Below are positions 1 to 6,725 of a DNA stretch of 42,825 bases, piece after piece. Source of the stretch: a virus. The number at the start of each line of letters is the position of its first letter. Positions within the stretch are counted from its first letter, which is position 1. The notes under the pieces were generated by a model. That model had not been told where the DNA came from, did not search any database, and saw only the letters and a program-made list of their open reading frames with translations. The position numbers and the translations under genes were made by a program. The stretch is from the IMG/VR virus record IMGVR_UViG_3300045988_031260; one strand, 5' to 3'.

Positions 1-99
1 ATCGAATTAATATCACAATATACTGTATTTTGCAAAGCGGCTTACGCCTTTTAAGCAGGGTGTCTGGGGTTCGAATCCCCAACGGGGCACCAAAAAAGC
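1..99. repeat. Left copy of an exact 99-bp terminal direct repeat. It implies a circular unit of 42,726 bp, or an att-flanked element cut at the repeat.
   Basis: Bases 1-99 are identical to 42727-42825, and the repeat runs to the last base of the window. Confidence 0.95.
46..92 (+). other. 3' portion of a tRNA-Lys(UUU) gene, probably the attP core
   Basis: Anticodon loop CTTTTAA, 3' anticodon stem GCAGG, variable loop GTGTC, T-arm TGGGG/TTCGAAT/CCCCA, acceptor 3' strand ACGGGGC, discriminator A and CCA. No complementary 5' acceptor (GCCCCGT) or D-arm upstream, so this is a fragment. Confidence 0.8.
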
Positions 100-135
100 C
101 TTGAAACTCAACGGTTTCAAGGCTTTTCTTTTTTA
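94..135. terminator. Bidirectional intrinsic terminator serving the tRNA fragment (+) and int (-)
   Basis: 10-bp stem GCCTTGAAAC (98-107) / GTTTCAAGGC (114-123), extendable through flanking A/T pairs. A-run upstream and T-run 124-135 downstream. Confidence 0.85.
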
Positions 136-136
136 T

Positions 137-1231
137 TTACTTTTTATTTGTTAGTAACGTGTTAGTAACAGCATCCACAAGTGTCTGCGCGTCGATGTGC
201 GTATATATGTTTGCGGTGGTGGAATAATCGGCGTGTCCGAGTATTTTTTGGAGCATTTCCGGGGGCAATCCCTCTTTTACCGCCCGGGACGCGTATGTGT
301 GGCGTGTGGCGTGCGGGGTCTTTCGCACAATACCCAGCCTGTCAAGGAGCGGGTAAAAATCACGCCTGCGGAAGTTTGCTGGGACTTTTTGCCCATCGTA
401 GCCGGATAACAGTAGCTCCCCCGTTGCTTGCTTCGCAAAGTAGGCAAAGTATTGTTTCCCCTCCGGTCGAATGGGGATAATTCGGTTTCTGCCTGCTTCG
501 GTTTTCTCCCCGCCTACAACATAGTCTCCGTGATAGTCTGCCAGAGGTAGGGAAAACAATTCCCCGATACGCATACCCGTTGCCAGCAGCATCAAGACAA
601 TTTTTGCCGAATCGCTGTTATCGGATTCCAATTTACGGATATCTTCCACCGTGAAGATGTCCTTTTCTTTTTTGACATTTTCCGGCAAGCGCACAAACTT
701 AGCAAAATTTGTCGTGCATATTTCCTCCCGGATGGCCCAGTTCGACATCTGCGTTATGAGCTGCTTGTACTTATTCACGGTGGAATGGCTCTTGCTCATG
801 TGCGGGTCAAGTGCGGCCTGAAAGTCTGCGGTGCGAAGGTCACGGAACTTTCTGCTATGCAATGGAGCAAATACCTTGTAAGCCGTGTTATAGGAATCAA
901 TCCCCTGCTTGCCGATCTCCTTGTAATGCTCCTCTTTCCACGCATCAAAGACTTCAGCAAAGGTCATGTTGTACCTATCCGTTAAACTCTTGCCGTTCAG
1001 CCGCTCCAAAGCGTCCAGAGCGTCTGTCTTGCGCTCATAGTACCCAATGACCACCTTGTTCTTTGCAGCCACCCACGGCTTTTTCCTGCGGCCTGACAGC
1101 TTGTATACCGTACCGGTTCCGTTCGCTCTTTTTAGTGCCTTGCGCTTTTCTGCCAACTGCTTTTTGCCGCACAAATGGCAGTAAATAGCATTTTCGGCAA
1201 GCTCTGCCCCGCATTTCATGCAATTTTCCAT
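137..1231 (-). CDS. int: Tyrosine recombinase / phage integrase with N-terminal zinc ribbon
   Basis: C-terminal HATRHTYAS...LGHADYSTTANIYTH matches the R..HxxR..Y catalytic signature. N-terminal CMKCG..CHLCG. Start placed at ATG 1231 with AAGGGG upstream; the ORF track extends to 1276. Confidence 0.92.
   Translation of the reverse strand: MENCMKCGAELAENAIYCHLCGKKQLAEKRKALKRANGTGTVYKLSGRRKKPWVAAKNKVVIGYYERKTDALDALERLNGKSLTDRYNMTFAEVFDAWKEEHYKEIGKQGIDSYNTAYKVFAPLHSRKFRDLRTADFQAALDPHMSKSHSTVNKYKQLITQMSNWAIREEICTTNFAKFVRLPENVKKEKDIFTVEDIRKLESDNSDSAKIVLMLLATGMRIGELFSLPLADYHGDYVVGGEKTEAGRNRIIPIRPEGKQYFAYFAKQATGELLLSGYDGQKVPANFRRRDFYPLLDRLGIVRKTPHATRHTYASRAVKEGLPPEMLQKILGHADYSTTANIYTHIDAQTLVDAVTNTLLTNKK
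147..169 (+). repeat. Two tandem GTTAGTAAC copies 11 bp apart; candidate integrase arm-type sites (P' arm)
   Basis: GTTAGTAAC at 150-158 and 161-169. TTTGTTAGTAAC at 147-158 recurs at 42650-42661 on the other side of the core. Confidence 0.45.
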
Positions 1232-1235
1232 TGTA

Positions 1236-1790
1236 TCACCCCTTCGATTTGCGAACCATAGAAACGAGAACAGCAAGTGTAATGGCGCTGCTGGCTATCA
1301 GCACCGCAATAAGCACCCATGCAAACACGCTTGCAACCCCACCACGAATCAGGCCCATATTTGCCGTTTTGAAGTCGAGAAACACATACACCGCCAGTAG
1401 AAGCATAACAATTACAAGGGCGGATATGGTAACATATATAACCCGCTGCTGTGATTTGATTCTCTTGTGCTGCAGGTCGATGGTCTGGGCCATGCTTTCC
1501 ACATTGCCCTCCAGATGTGCCGCCTTTAACTCCGCTTCTCTGTTTTGCTGCATTTCTTCAAGCCGCTTTTCTGCAGGAACATCTTCTTCGATCCCGAAAT
1601 ATCTATCCAGCGATACCCCCAGTACAGCACAAATGTCACCGGCGTTGTACACGCTGGGCGATTTGGACGCTGTGGCGAAGAAATTGTTGATGGTGGAAAT
1701 GGAGATTCCGGTTTCGTCAGATAGCTTTTGCGTGGTGATTCCCTTCCTGATTTTTGCGTCCTTGCAAATGTCGCGTAGTGTCGGATTCAT
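1236..1790 (-). CDS. Membrane-anchored XRE-family HTH protein
   Basis: N-terminal HTH (ITTQKLSDETGISISTINNF), central coiled segment and two C-terminal hydrophobic helices. ATG 1790 preceded by GGGGGA. Confidence 0.75.
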   Translation of the reverse strand: MNPTLRDICKDAKIRKGITTQKLSDETGISISTINNFFATASKSPSVYNAGDICAVLGVSLDRYFGIEEDVPAEKRLEEMQQNREAELKAAHLEGNVESMAQTIDLQHKRIKSQQRVIYVTISALVIVMLLLAVYVFLDFKTANMGLIRGGVASVFAWVLIAVLIASSAITLAVLVSMVRKSKG

Positions 1791-2123
1791 GCATAATCCC
1801 CCTATGTGGGCAATAAGTGCCCTGAATTTGCCGTGCAAAAAATGATTAAAACCCCTTTATGGGATTGCACTGCCCGATAAAATCTTGATATGCTCACATT
1901 GCAGACGATAAACCGTTAGGCGATGCGTAGGCAAACCCTCCCTATCCGGTGCGGGGATGGGGAGGGTTAGAACAAAATTTCTATTTTTCTATTTTTGTTG
2001 CATATACCCGGGCAACAAACCGCAATCCGGCGCGTATAAGTGAAAACACTTTACTGGAGGATAGCAAAATGACAGAACCGCAAGCCGCCGCTTACATAGC
2101 GCAGCTAACCTATGATGAGAAAC

Positions 2124-2495
2124 TTACGCTTTTCGAGATGCTAAAATCCCTTGAACAAAATCGTCAACCCGACGCAACTCGTCCGGGGTTAACAGGACAA
2201 GCCGTTTAATCAGACCGGCATCCAAAATGCGCTCATCGATCTTGTCGGTGGGCGCTTTTTTTATGCCCGGATCATCCGTTTCGCCCTTTAGCCACTCCAC
2301 GGATACATTGTAAATGTCGGCAATCTGATGGAGTTTCTTTGTATAGGAAACGCTTGCCCCGTTCTCCCACATAGAAACAATAGAGCCATCATTATATCCT
2401 ATGCTTTTGGCAAACTTTACCTTTGCCCCGTGAGCGTATTTCCCGTTCTTGCCTTTAGGGATAAGGCTTAATATTCTTTCCAGCACAATATCCAT
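2124..2495 (-). CDS. CI-like repressor (XRE/HTH_3 family)
   Basis: HTH FAKSIGYNDGSIVSMWENG. Divergent from the cro-like gene. ATG at 2495; the ORF track uses TTG 2501. Confidence 0.8.
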   Translation of the reverse strand: MDIVLERILSLIPKGKNGKYAHGAKVKFAKSIGYNDGSIVSMWENGASVSYTKKLHQIADIYNVSVEWLKGETDDPGIKKAPTDKIDERILDAGLIKRLVLLTPDELRRVDDFVQGILASRKA

Positions 2496-2537
2496 ATTCA
2501 AAACCTAAAATTTGTCAGATTTGCCGAAAGTTAAATT

Positions 2538-2567
2538 TCTTCAAGTTTACTATTGCAATCTTGAAGA
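2538..2567. promoter_or_regulatory. Candidate operator dyad overlapping weak -35/-10-like hexamers
   Basis: TCTTCAAG (2538-2545) and CTTGAAGA (2560-2567) form an 8-bp inverted repeat with a 14-bp spacer. TTTACT-17-TATGAG and TTGCAA-17-TATCTT overlap it on the + strand. Confidence 0.35.
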
Positions 2568-2743
2568 TTATGAGGTATCTTTATATCAGGCCCACCGGAA
2601 AAGGGTACAAAAACACCAGCCCCCACGAAAGCGGCTTTTAACAATTTCTTTTGGCGAAGGTATTGTACCGCAGTTTTTGTGGAGTGTCAAGTGTGAAACC
2701 TCATGAATATGAGTTTTCGGTGGGCGTTGACTGCGGCGGGGAT

Positions 2744-2776
2744 AGAAAAACCGTCTCGTGCGGTAACACGAGACGG
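2744..2776 (-). terminator. Intrinsic terminator, minus strand only
   Basis: 10-bp stem CCGTCTCGTG/CACGAGACGG (2751-2760/2767-2776) followed on the minus strand by TTTTT (2750-2746). Confidence 0.75.
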
Positions 2777-2861
2777 CGGGGTGCAGGAGTTTCCCCTCCC
2801 CACCTCCGCACCGGGCGGGGAGGGGATTTAACAGCAAGAATCGCTGTCTTTGCACTCCTGC
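2746..2861 (-). ncRNA. Candidate ~115-nt structured small RNA in the immunity region
   Basis: Bounded by the promoter above and the terminator below. A 9-bp helix (2782-2790/2854-2862) closes two hairpins: 2793-2801/2817-2825 and 2831-2835/2843-2847. No RBS-led ORF. Confidence 0.55.
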
Positions 2862-2867
2862 AAGGCG

Positions 2868-2897
2868 ATTATAGCACGAACGCCCCGCCGCAGTCAA
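2868..2897 (-). promoter_or_regulatory. Near-consensus sigma-70-type promoter firing leftward
   Basis: The minus strand reads TTGACT (2897-2892), an 18-nt spacer ending TGc, then TATAAT (2873-2868). This is an extended -10 configuration. Confidence 0.7.
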
Positions 2898-2928
2898 TGA
2901 AAACTCACACATAAGGAGGGAGCGCAAC

Positions 2929-3147
2929 TTGACATTGAGAGAAATGCGGGATAGAGCAAATCTTTCCTGCGTGCAGGTCGGCAAGAAGCTGTTTGTTGAC
3001 CAGTCCTGCGTAAGACATTGGGAATACGGAGACTGGGCGCCGGCACGGAAGTACTACAAGAAAATGGCGAAGCTGTACGGCGTGTCGGAGGAGGAGATCA
3101 AGGCTGCTGCGGAAGCTATCCGGGCAGCGAATAAGGAGGAACGATGA
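2929..3147 (+). CDS. Cro-like XRE-family HTH protein, first gene of the rightward early operon
   Basis: TTG start 8 nt after AAGGAGGG. HTH-like LSCVQVGKKLFVDQSCVRHWEYG. Confidence 0.75.
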   Translation: MTLREMRDRANLSCVQVGKKLFVDQSCVRHWEYGDWAPARKYYKKMAKLYGVSEEEIKAAAEAIRAANKEER

Positions 3148-3341
3148 TTAAGACGATGACGATGCAAGAGTGCATGGATCACCTTCGGGCGCATGGACTG
3201 AGCATTTCGCAAGACACGCTGTCGAACGGCCTGGAGCAGGGTGTGTACCCCTTCGGCGTGTGCATCAACGGAGGCAAGCGGCGGGTGTTTCAGATTTTCG
3301 CCCGGCTGCTGGACAAGTGGATCGAGGAGAGAGAGGAGTAA
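3144..3341 (+). CDS. Small DNA-binding protein, excisionase-like (putative)
   Basis: 65 aa, start overlaps the upstream stop, AGGAGGA RBS. Winged-helix-like pattern ending VFQIFARLLDKWIEE. Confidence 0.5.
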   Translation: MIKTMTMQECMDHLRAHGLSISQDTLSNGLEQGVYPFGVCINGGKRRVFQIFARLLDKWIEEREE

Positions 3342-3343
3342 AC

Positions 3344-3442
3344 ATGGGCGGATATACATTGACGCTGGTGATCATCGGCGCGGCTACGGTGGCGTGGATG
3401 TTCGTGAATCTGTTGGACAAGCTGGATAGACCAGGCAAGTAA
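3344..3442 (+). CDS. Small single-pass membrane protein (32 aa)
   Basis: ATG 3344 after GAGAGGAG. Hydrophobic core LTLVIIGAATVAWMFV. Confidence 0.4.
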   Translation: MGGYTLTLVIIGAATVAWMFVNLLDKLDRPGK

Positions 3443-3458
3443 ATAACAGGAGGGAAAG

Positions 3459-3860
3459 ATGATGAAAAGGTTTGCGGAAAACACATCAAGATCGGCGCAG
3501 AGATGCATGAAAGGTATTATCAACGCTGGCGTGCGCTTTGTAATGGAGCGTTGCGAGGACGCAACCGAGAAATATGCGTCCGGTGATAGTGGCAATGCGG
3601 CGGCGTCCGGTGTGAGGGGGGCAGCTGTCGCGTCCGGCTATCTCGGTTCTGCATCAGCGTCCGGCGACCAGTGCCTCGCGGTCGCATGGGGCATGGATAG
3701 CCGCGCCCGTGGCGCGATCGGATCGTACCTTGTCCTCTCCGAGTATGCCGAGGACGGCTCGATCGTCGACGCCCAGCTTGTTAAGGTTGATGGAGATCAG
3801 ATCAAGGCCGACACATGGTACAAGCTAAAAAACGGCGAGATTGTGGAGGTGGAGCGCTGA
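3459..3860 (+). CDS. Hypothetical protein with short A-S-G repeats
   Basis: AGGAGGGA RBS. Repeated ASG..A.ASG segments and a C-terminal beta-rich tail. Confidence 0.7.
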   Translation: MMKRFAENTSRSAQRCMKGIINAGVRFVMERCEDATEKYASGDSGNAAASGVRGAAVASGYLGSASASGDQCLAVAWGMDSRARGAIGSYLVLSEYAEDGSIVDAQLVKVDGDQIKADTWYKLKNGEIVEVER

Positions 3861-4078
3861 TGCGCGCGGAAGATTGGATCTCCGTCGAGGATGCCCTCCC
3901 CCCGTGCAGCGGGGAGTACCTCATCCTCACGCCGTCGCCGTGCATCCTGTACGTGGAGTACTCCGCCATCCATCAGGCTTTTAATGCCAGGGACGACGCC
4001 CCGGATACGCCCTACGCATTAAAGCCAACGCACTGGATGCCGATCGTCTTCCCCAAAGGAGGTTGCGGGGATGATTAA
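3860..4078 (+). CDS. DUF551-like phage protein (paralog 1)
   Basis: WISVEDALPP...THWMPIVFP pattern. ATGA start/stop overlap at 3858-3862. Confidence 0.7.
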   Translation: MRAEDWISVEDALPPCSGEYLILTPSPCILYVEYSAIHQAFNARDDAPDTPYALKPTHWMPIVFPKGGCGDD

Positions 4079-4409
4079 GTGCAAAAAATGCCGCTACGGC
4101 GGCGGCGCTGGCCGCCGGGATCGTCCGTGCGATCAGCAGAACGGAGGGTCGGCGATGAAATTCATCAAGAGCCGCCGGAAGGTGGAGCCGAAGGCGGGCT
4201 GGATCTCCGTGGAGGACGCGCTGCCGAAGGAATCCGGGCAGTATCTGGTGGTCACGAAATGGGGCAGTGTAACTGAAATGTATTTTTCGGCGAGGCATCA
4301 GCGTTTTAACTGTAGAGACTACTACGATTTCGGGGAGGTCGATGATGTGTCCATCCTCACCAACAGATATTGGATGCCGATGCCTGAGCCGCCGGAGGAA
4401 CTGCGATGA
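4071..4409 (+). CDS. DUF551-like phage protein (paralog 2)
   Basis: WISVEDALPKESGQYLVV...RYWMPMPEPP. AAGGAGG RBS. Confidence 0.75.
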   Translation: MIKCKKCRYGGGAGRRDRPCDQQNGGSAMKFIKSRRKVEPKAGWISVEDALPKESGQYLVVTKWGSVTEMYFSARHQRFNCRDYYDFGEVDDVSILTNRYWMPMPEPPEELR

Positions 4410-4813
4410 AGAAAGGCGACGACAAGTGCAGGACATGCCGCTATAACGCGATGCTGATGGGCTACAACTATCACAGGTGCGACTACGCAACAATGAACTG
4501 GCCGCGCGTGAAGCTAAAGGACTTCCCGGACGGGCCGTGGCGCGGGCCGCACTGCGCGGCATATGAGCCGATGGATCCGAAGAAGAAGCGCAAGAACCGG
4601 CGGGTCAGCGAGCCGATCGGGAAGGCCATGCAGACCGATCGCGCCGAATACAAGCGCAAGGCGGCGGCGCTCTGCGAACAGATGCGCGTGCTCTACGCAC
4701 AGGGCAAGAGCGACGCGGAGATCGGGCGCGAGATCGGGCGGAGCAAGTCAACCGTCCGGCGATGGCGGCAGAAGTCCTGTCTCCCGGCGCAGGAGCACGA
4801 GGGCACGACATGA
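4406..4813 (+). CDS. Cys-rich protein with C-terminal HTH
   Basis: N-terminal CRTCRY..HRCDY. C-terminal GKSDAEIGREIGRSKSTVRRWRQK resembles a resolvase/sigma-r4-type HTH. Confidence 0.7.
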   Translation: MKKGDDKCRTCRYNAMLMGYNYHRCDYATMNWPRVKLKDFPDGPWRGPHCAAYEPMDPKKKRKNRRVSEPIGKAMQTDRAEYKRKAAALCEQMRVLYAQGKSDAEIGREIGRSKSTVRRWRQKSCLPAQEHEGTT

Positions 4814-4986
4814 GGGTTTACCAGCTCGTGACGAAGGACAAGTACCGCCTGCCGATCGCGCAGGCGGACACGATACGGGAGCTGGCGGAGATGATCGGCA
4901 AGCCGTATCAGACGGTGCGCAAGGCCATTACGCGGGCCATGTGCGGACAGGCAAAGAACACCCGGTATACATGGGTGGACATATAA
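4810..4986 (+). CDS. Small hypothetical protein (58 aa)
   Basis: ATGA overlap with the upstream stop. HTH-like IRELAEMIGKPYQTVRKAI. Confidence 0.55.
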   Translation: MRVYQLVTKDKYRLPIAQADTIRELAEMIGKPYQTVRKAITRAMCGQAKNTRYTWVDI

Positions 4987-5001
4987 GGGAGGAAGCAGTA
5001 C

Positions 5002-5358
5002 ATGAACGAAGATCTCAGGAAATCCATCCTACAGATGTGCAACGGCGCATTTCAGGAGAGGGCGGACTACGCGATGGCGGCAATCGTGGAGAACATTCTC
5101 GACCCGAACACGACGGCGAAGGCAAAGCGCAAGGTGACAATCACGCTGGAGCTTTGCCCCGACGACAGCCGTCAGAACGTCGTTGTCAACTGCTCGGTGA
5201 CGACCAAGCTCGCACCGGCGAACCCCGTGACGACGATGCTGTATGTGGCGGATCGCGACACGGTGCTCGAGATGACGCCGCAGGTGCCGGGGCAGCTCTC
5301 CGTGGACTGCACGGAGCAGGGCGAACCGGCGGAACTCAAACTCATTAAATTTGCGTAA
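5002..5358 (+). CDS. Hypothetical early protein
   Basis: GGGAGGAAG RBS and good coding texture. No motif recognised. Confidence 0.7.
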   Translation: MNEDLRKSILQMCNGAFQERADYAMAAIVENILDPNTTAKAKRKVTITLELCPDDSRQNVVVNCSVTTKLAPANPVTTMLYVADRDTVLEMTPQVPGQLSVDCTEQGEPAELKLIKFA

Positions 5359-5372
5359 GGAGGAGAACGAAC

Positions 5373-6107
5373 ATGCTGAAGGCAGCTATCGAAAAGATCA
5401 TTGAGGTATCCGGGCCGAAGATCGTGACGGACAACGCGGGCGCTATGTACAGCGTCTCGAACGGTGGGATCGAGCAGATCCGCCCCGAACTGGACTACGT
5501 CAAGCCGATCAGTCTGAACAGTCTGGACGCGCTGGTGCAGATGGTGAAAAGCGAGGCCACACTGTTCGAGGGGAGCCGGATCTACCTATCCGTGCGCGAT
5601 CATCTGACGGTGTCCTGCTTCGGGCATCCCCGCAATGACCTCCGCCAGAAGCGCATCGTCTACTATGAGGCGCGGGCGAAGGACGTTCCCGGATGGGACA
5701 GCCAGACGAAGCTCCCGTTCGATCAGGCGGCGGTCGCCCTGCAGACGCGCTTTCAGGAGAGCGCAGACCGGACGTATACACTGACACTGCTGAGCCAGAT
5801 TACAACCGGCGCGAAGATCACCTACAACGACATCGGCGTGGCGACGACGGTCGTGACATCGAAGGGCGTCTCGCTCCAGCAGAACAGCACGATCCGCCCG
5901 CTGGTGAAACTGCGGCCTTACCGCACGTTTCAGGAGGTGGAGCAGCCGGAGGGGCTGTTCCTGATCCGCATCGACGAGCGCGGGATCACCTTTACGGAGG
6001 CGGACGGCGGCATGTGGAAGCTCGCAGCGCGGCAGACGATCAAGTCGTATCTGAGCGAAGCGCTGAAGGACGAGATCGAGAGGGATCTTGTAACGGTGAT
6101 GATGTAA
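5373..6107 (+). CDS. Hypothetical early protein (244 aa)
   Basis: AAGGAGGAG RBS. No motif recognised. Confidence 0.75.
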   Translation: MLKAAIEKIIEVSGPKIVTDNAGAMYSVSNGGIEQIRPELDYVKPISLNSLDALVQMVKSEATLFEGSRIYLSVRDHLTVSCFGHPRNDLRQKRIVYYEARAKDVPGWDSQTKLPFDQAAVALQTRFQESADRTYTLTLLSQITTGAKITYNDIGVATTVVTSKGVSLQQNSTIRPLVKLRPYRTFQEVEQPEGLFLIRIDERGITFTEADGGMWKLAARQTIKSYLSEALKDEIERDLVTVMM

Positions 6108-6114
6108 CGGACAT

Positions 6115-6142
6115 GCCACGGCGGGGACGGCCCCGCCGTGGC
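6115..6142 (+). other. Perfect 12-bp GC-rich hairpin without a U-tract
   Basis: GCCACGGCGGGG / ACGG / CCCCGCCGTGGC directly after the stop at 6107. Confidence 0.6.
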
Positions 6143-6157
6143 GCAAGGGAGGGTGCA

Positions 6158-6511
6158 ATGTACATCTGCGACAACTGCCAGAGTGTATTTGAGGAGTGGG
6201 ACGAGGTTACGGACGAGTCCGAGGAGTACGGGGACGGGACGATTATCCGGTGTCCGCACTGCGGCGAGGAGGTCGGAAACGGCTACGAGTACGAGGCGGA
6301 CGACTGCCCGGTGTGCCACGGGTGGAAGAACAAGAACGACCGGATCTGCCGCAAGTGCGCGCTGAGCGCGCGGGGGCGGTTTCTGGGGCATCTGCGGGAC
6401 GGCTACACGCTGGAGGAGCTGCGCTGGCTCACGGAGCAGCTTGAGGGTGACACGCTGGACGAGGCGATGCTTCGCGGGCGTTTCATCGGAGATGAGGTGT
6501 CAAATGAGTAG
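6158..6511 (+). CDS. Zinc-ribbon protein (four CxxC pairs)
   Basis: ATG 6158 after AGGGAGGG. CDNC, CPHC, CPVC and CRKC motifs. Confidence 0.7.
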   Translation: MYICDNCQSVFEEWDEVTDESEEYGDGTIIRCPHCGEEVGNGYEYEADDCPVCHGWKNKNDRICRKCALSARGRFLGHLRDGYTLEELRWLTEQLEGDTLDEAMLRGRFIGDEVSNE

Positions 6512-6725
6512 CGGCGTTAGCAAATACATCAAGGCCACGGCTACGATCTGGTTCCCGGACGGGCATATCTGCTGCGACCTATGCCCGATGCTGGAAACCT
6601 ATGCACGGCGGCAGTGCCGCCGCACGGGTGAATATCTGTTGGACACTAAGACAATCGGATATGATTGCCCGCTGACTTTTACGGATGAAGAATTTGAGGA
6701 GGTACAAGAGAGTGAAGAGATTTAG
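6504..6725 (+). CDS. Small Cys-rich hypothetical protein
   Basis: ATG 6504 overlaps the upstream stop, GGAGATGAGG RBS. Confidence 0.6.
   Translation: MSSGVSKYIKATATIWFPDGHICCDLCPMLETYARRQCRRTGEYLLDTKTIGYDCPLTFTDEEFEEVQESEEI

Larger units (their letters stand above)
2725..2899. repeat. Perfect 15-bp inverted repeat pair (17 bp allowing one G-T) bracketing a 141-bp segment
   Basis: TTGACTGCGGCGGGG at 2727-2741 and its exact reverse complement CCCCGCCGCAGTCAA at 2883-2897. Confidence 0.95.

Noticed and set aside
30-92. A complete tRNA gene at the window start and end.
   Set aside because: Only the anticodon loop, 3' anticodon stem, variable loop, T-arm and 3' acceptor strand are present. Upstream sequence cannot pair with the acceptor or anticodon 3' strands, so it is an att-type fragment.
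1934-1968. A 9-bp hairpin AACCCTCCC/GGGAGGGTT as a terminator between the two leftward regulator genes.
   Set aside because: Neither strand has an adjacent U-tract (the T-rich run starts ~10 nt away on the plus strand), so a terminator call is not supportable.
2725-2899. A retron msr/msd, suggested by inverted repeats flanking a structured RNA.
   Set aside because: No reverse transcriptase gene is present anywhere in the window, and the predicted transcript boundaries exclude both inverted-repeat arms.
2512-2984. ORF-track entries 2512-2706 (+), 2651-2914 (+) and 2586-2984 (-) in the cI/cro intergenic region.
   Set aside because: They have no Shine-Dalgarno sequences and use non-ATG or arbitrary starts. 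They run straight through the nested helices, promoter and terminator, which explain the region better as RNA or regulatory DNA.
4563-5348. A 261-aa plus-strand ORF rich in Arg/Gly/Ala.
   Set aside because: It is an alternative frame running across three well-supported, RBS-led genes. Its composition is implausible for a real protein.
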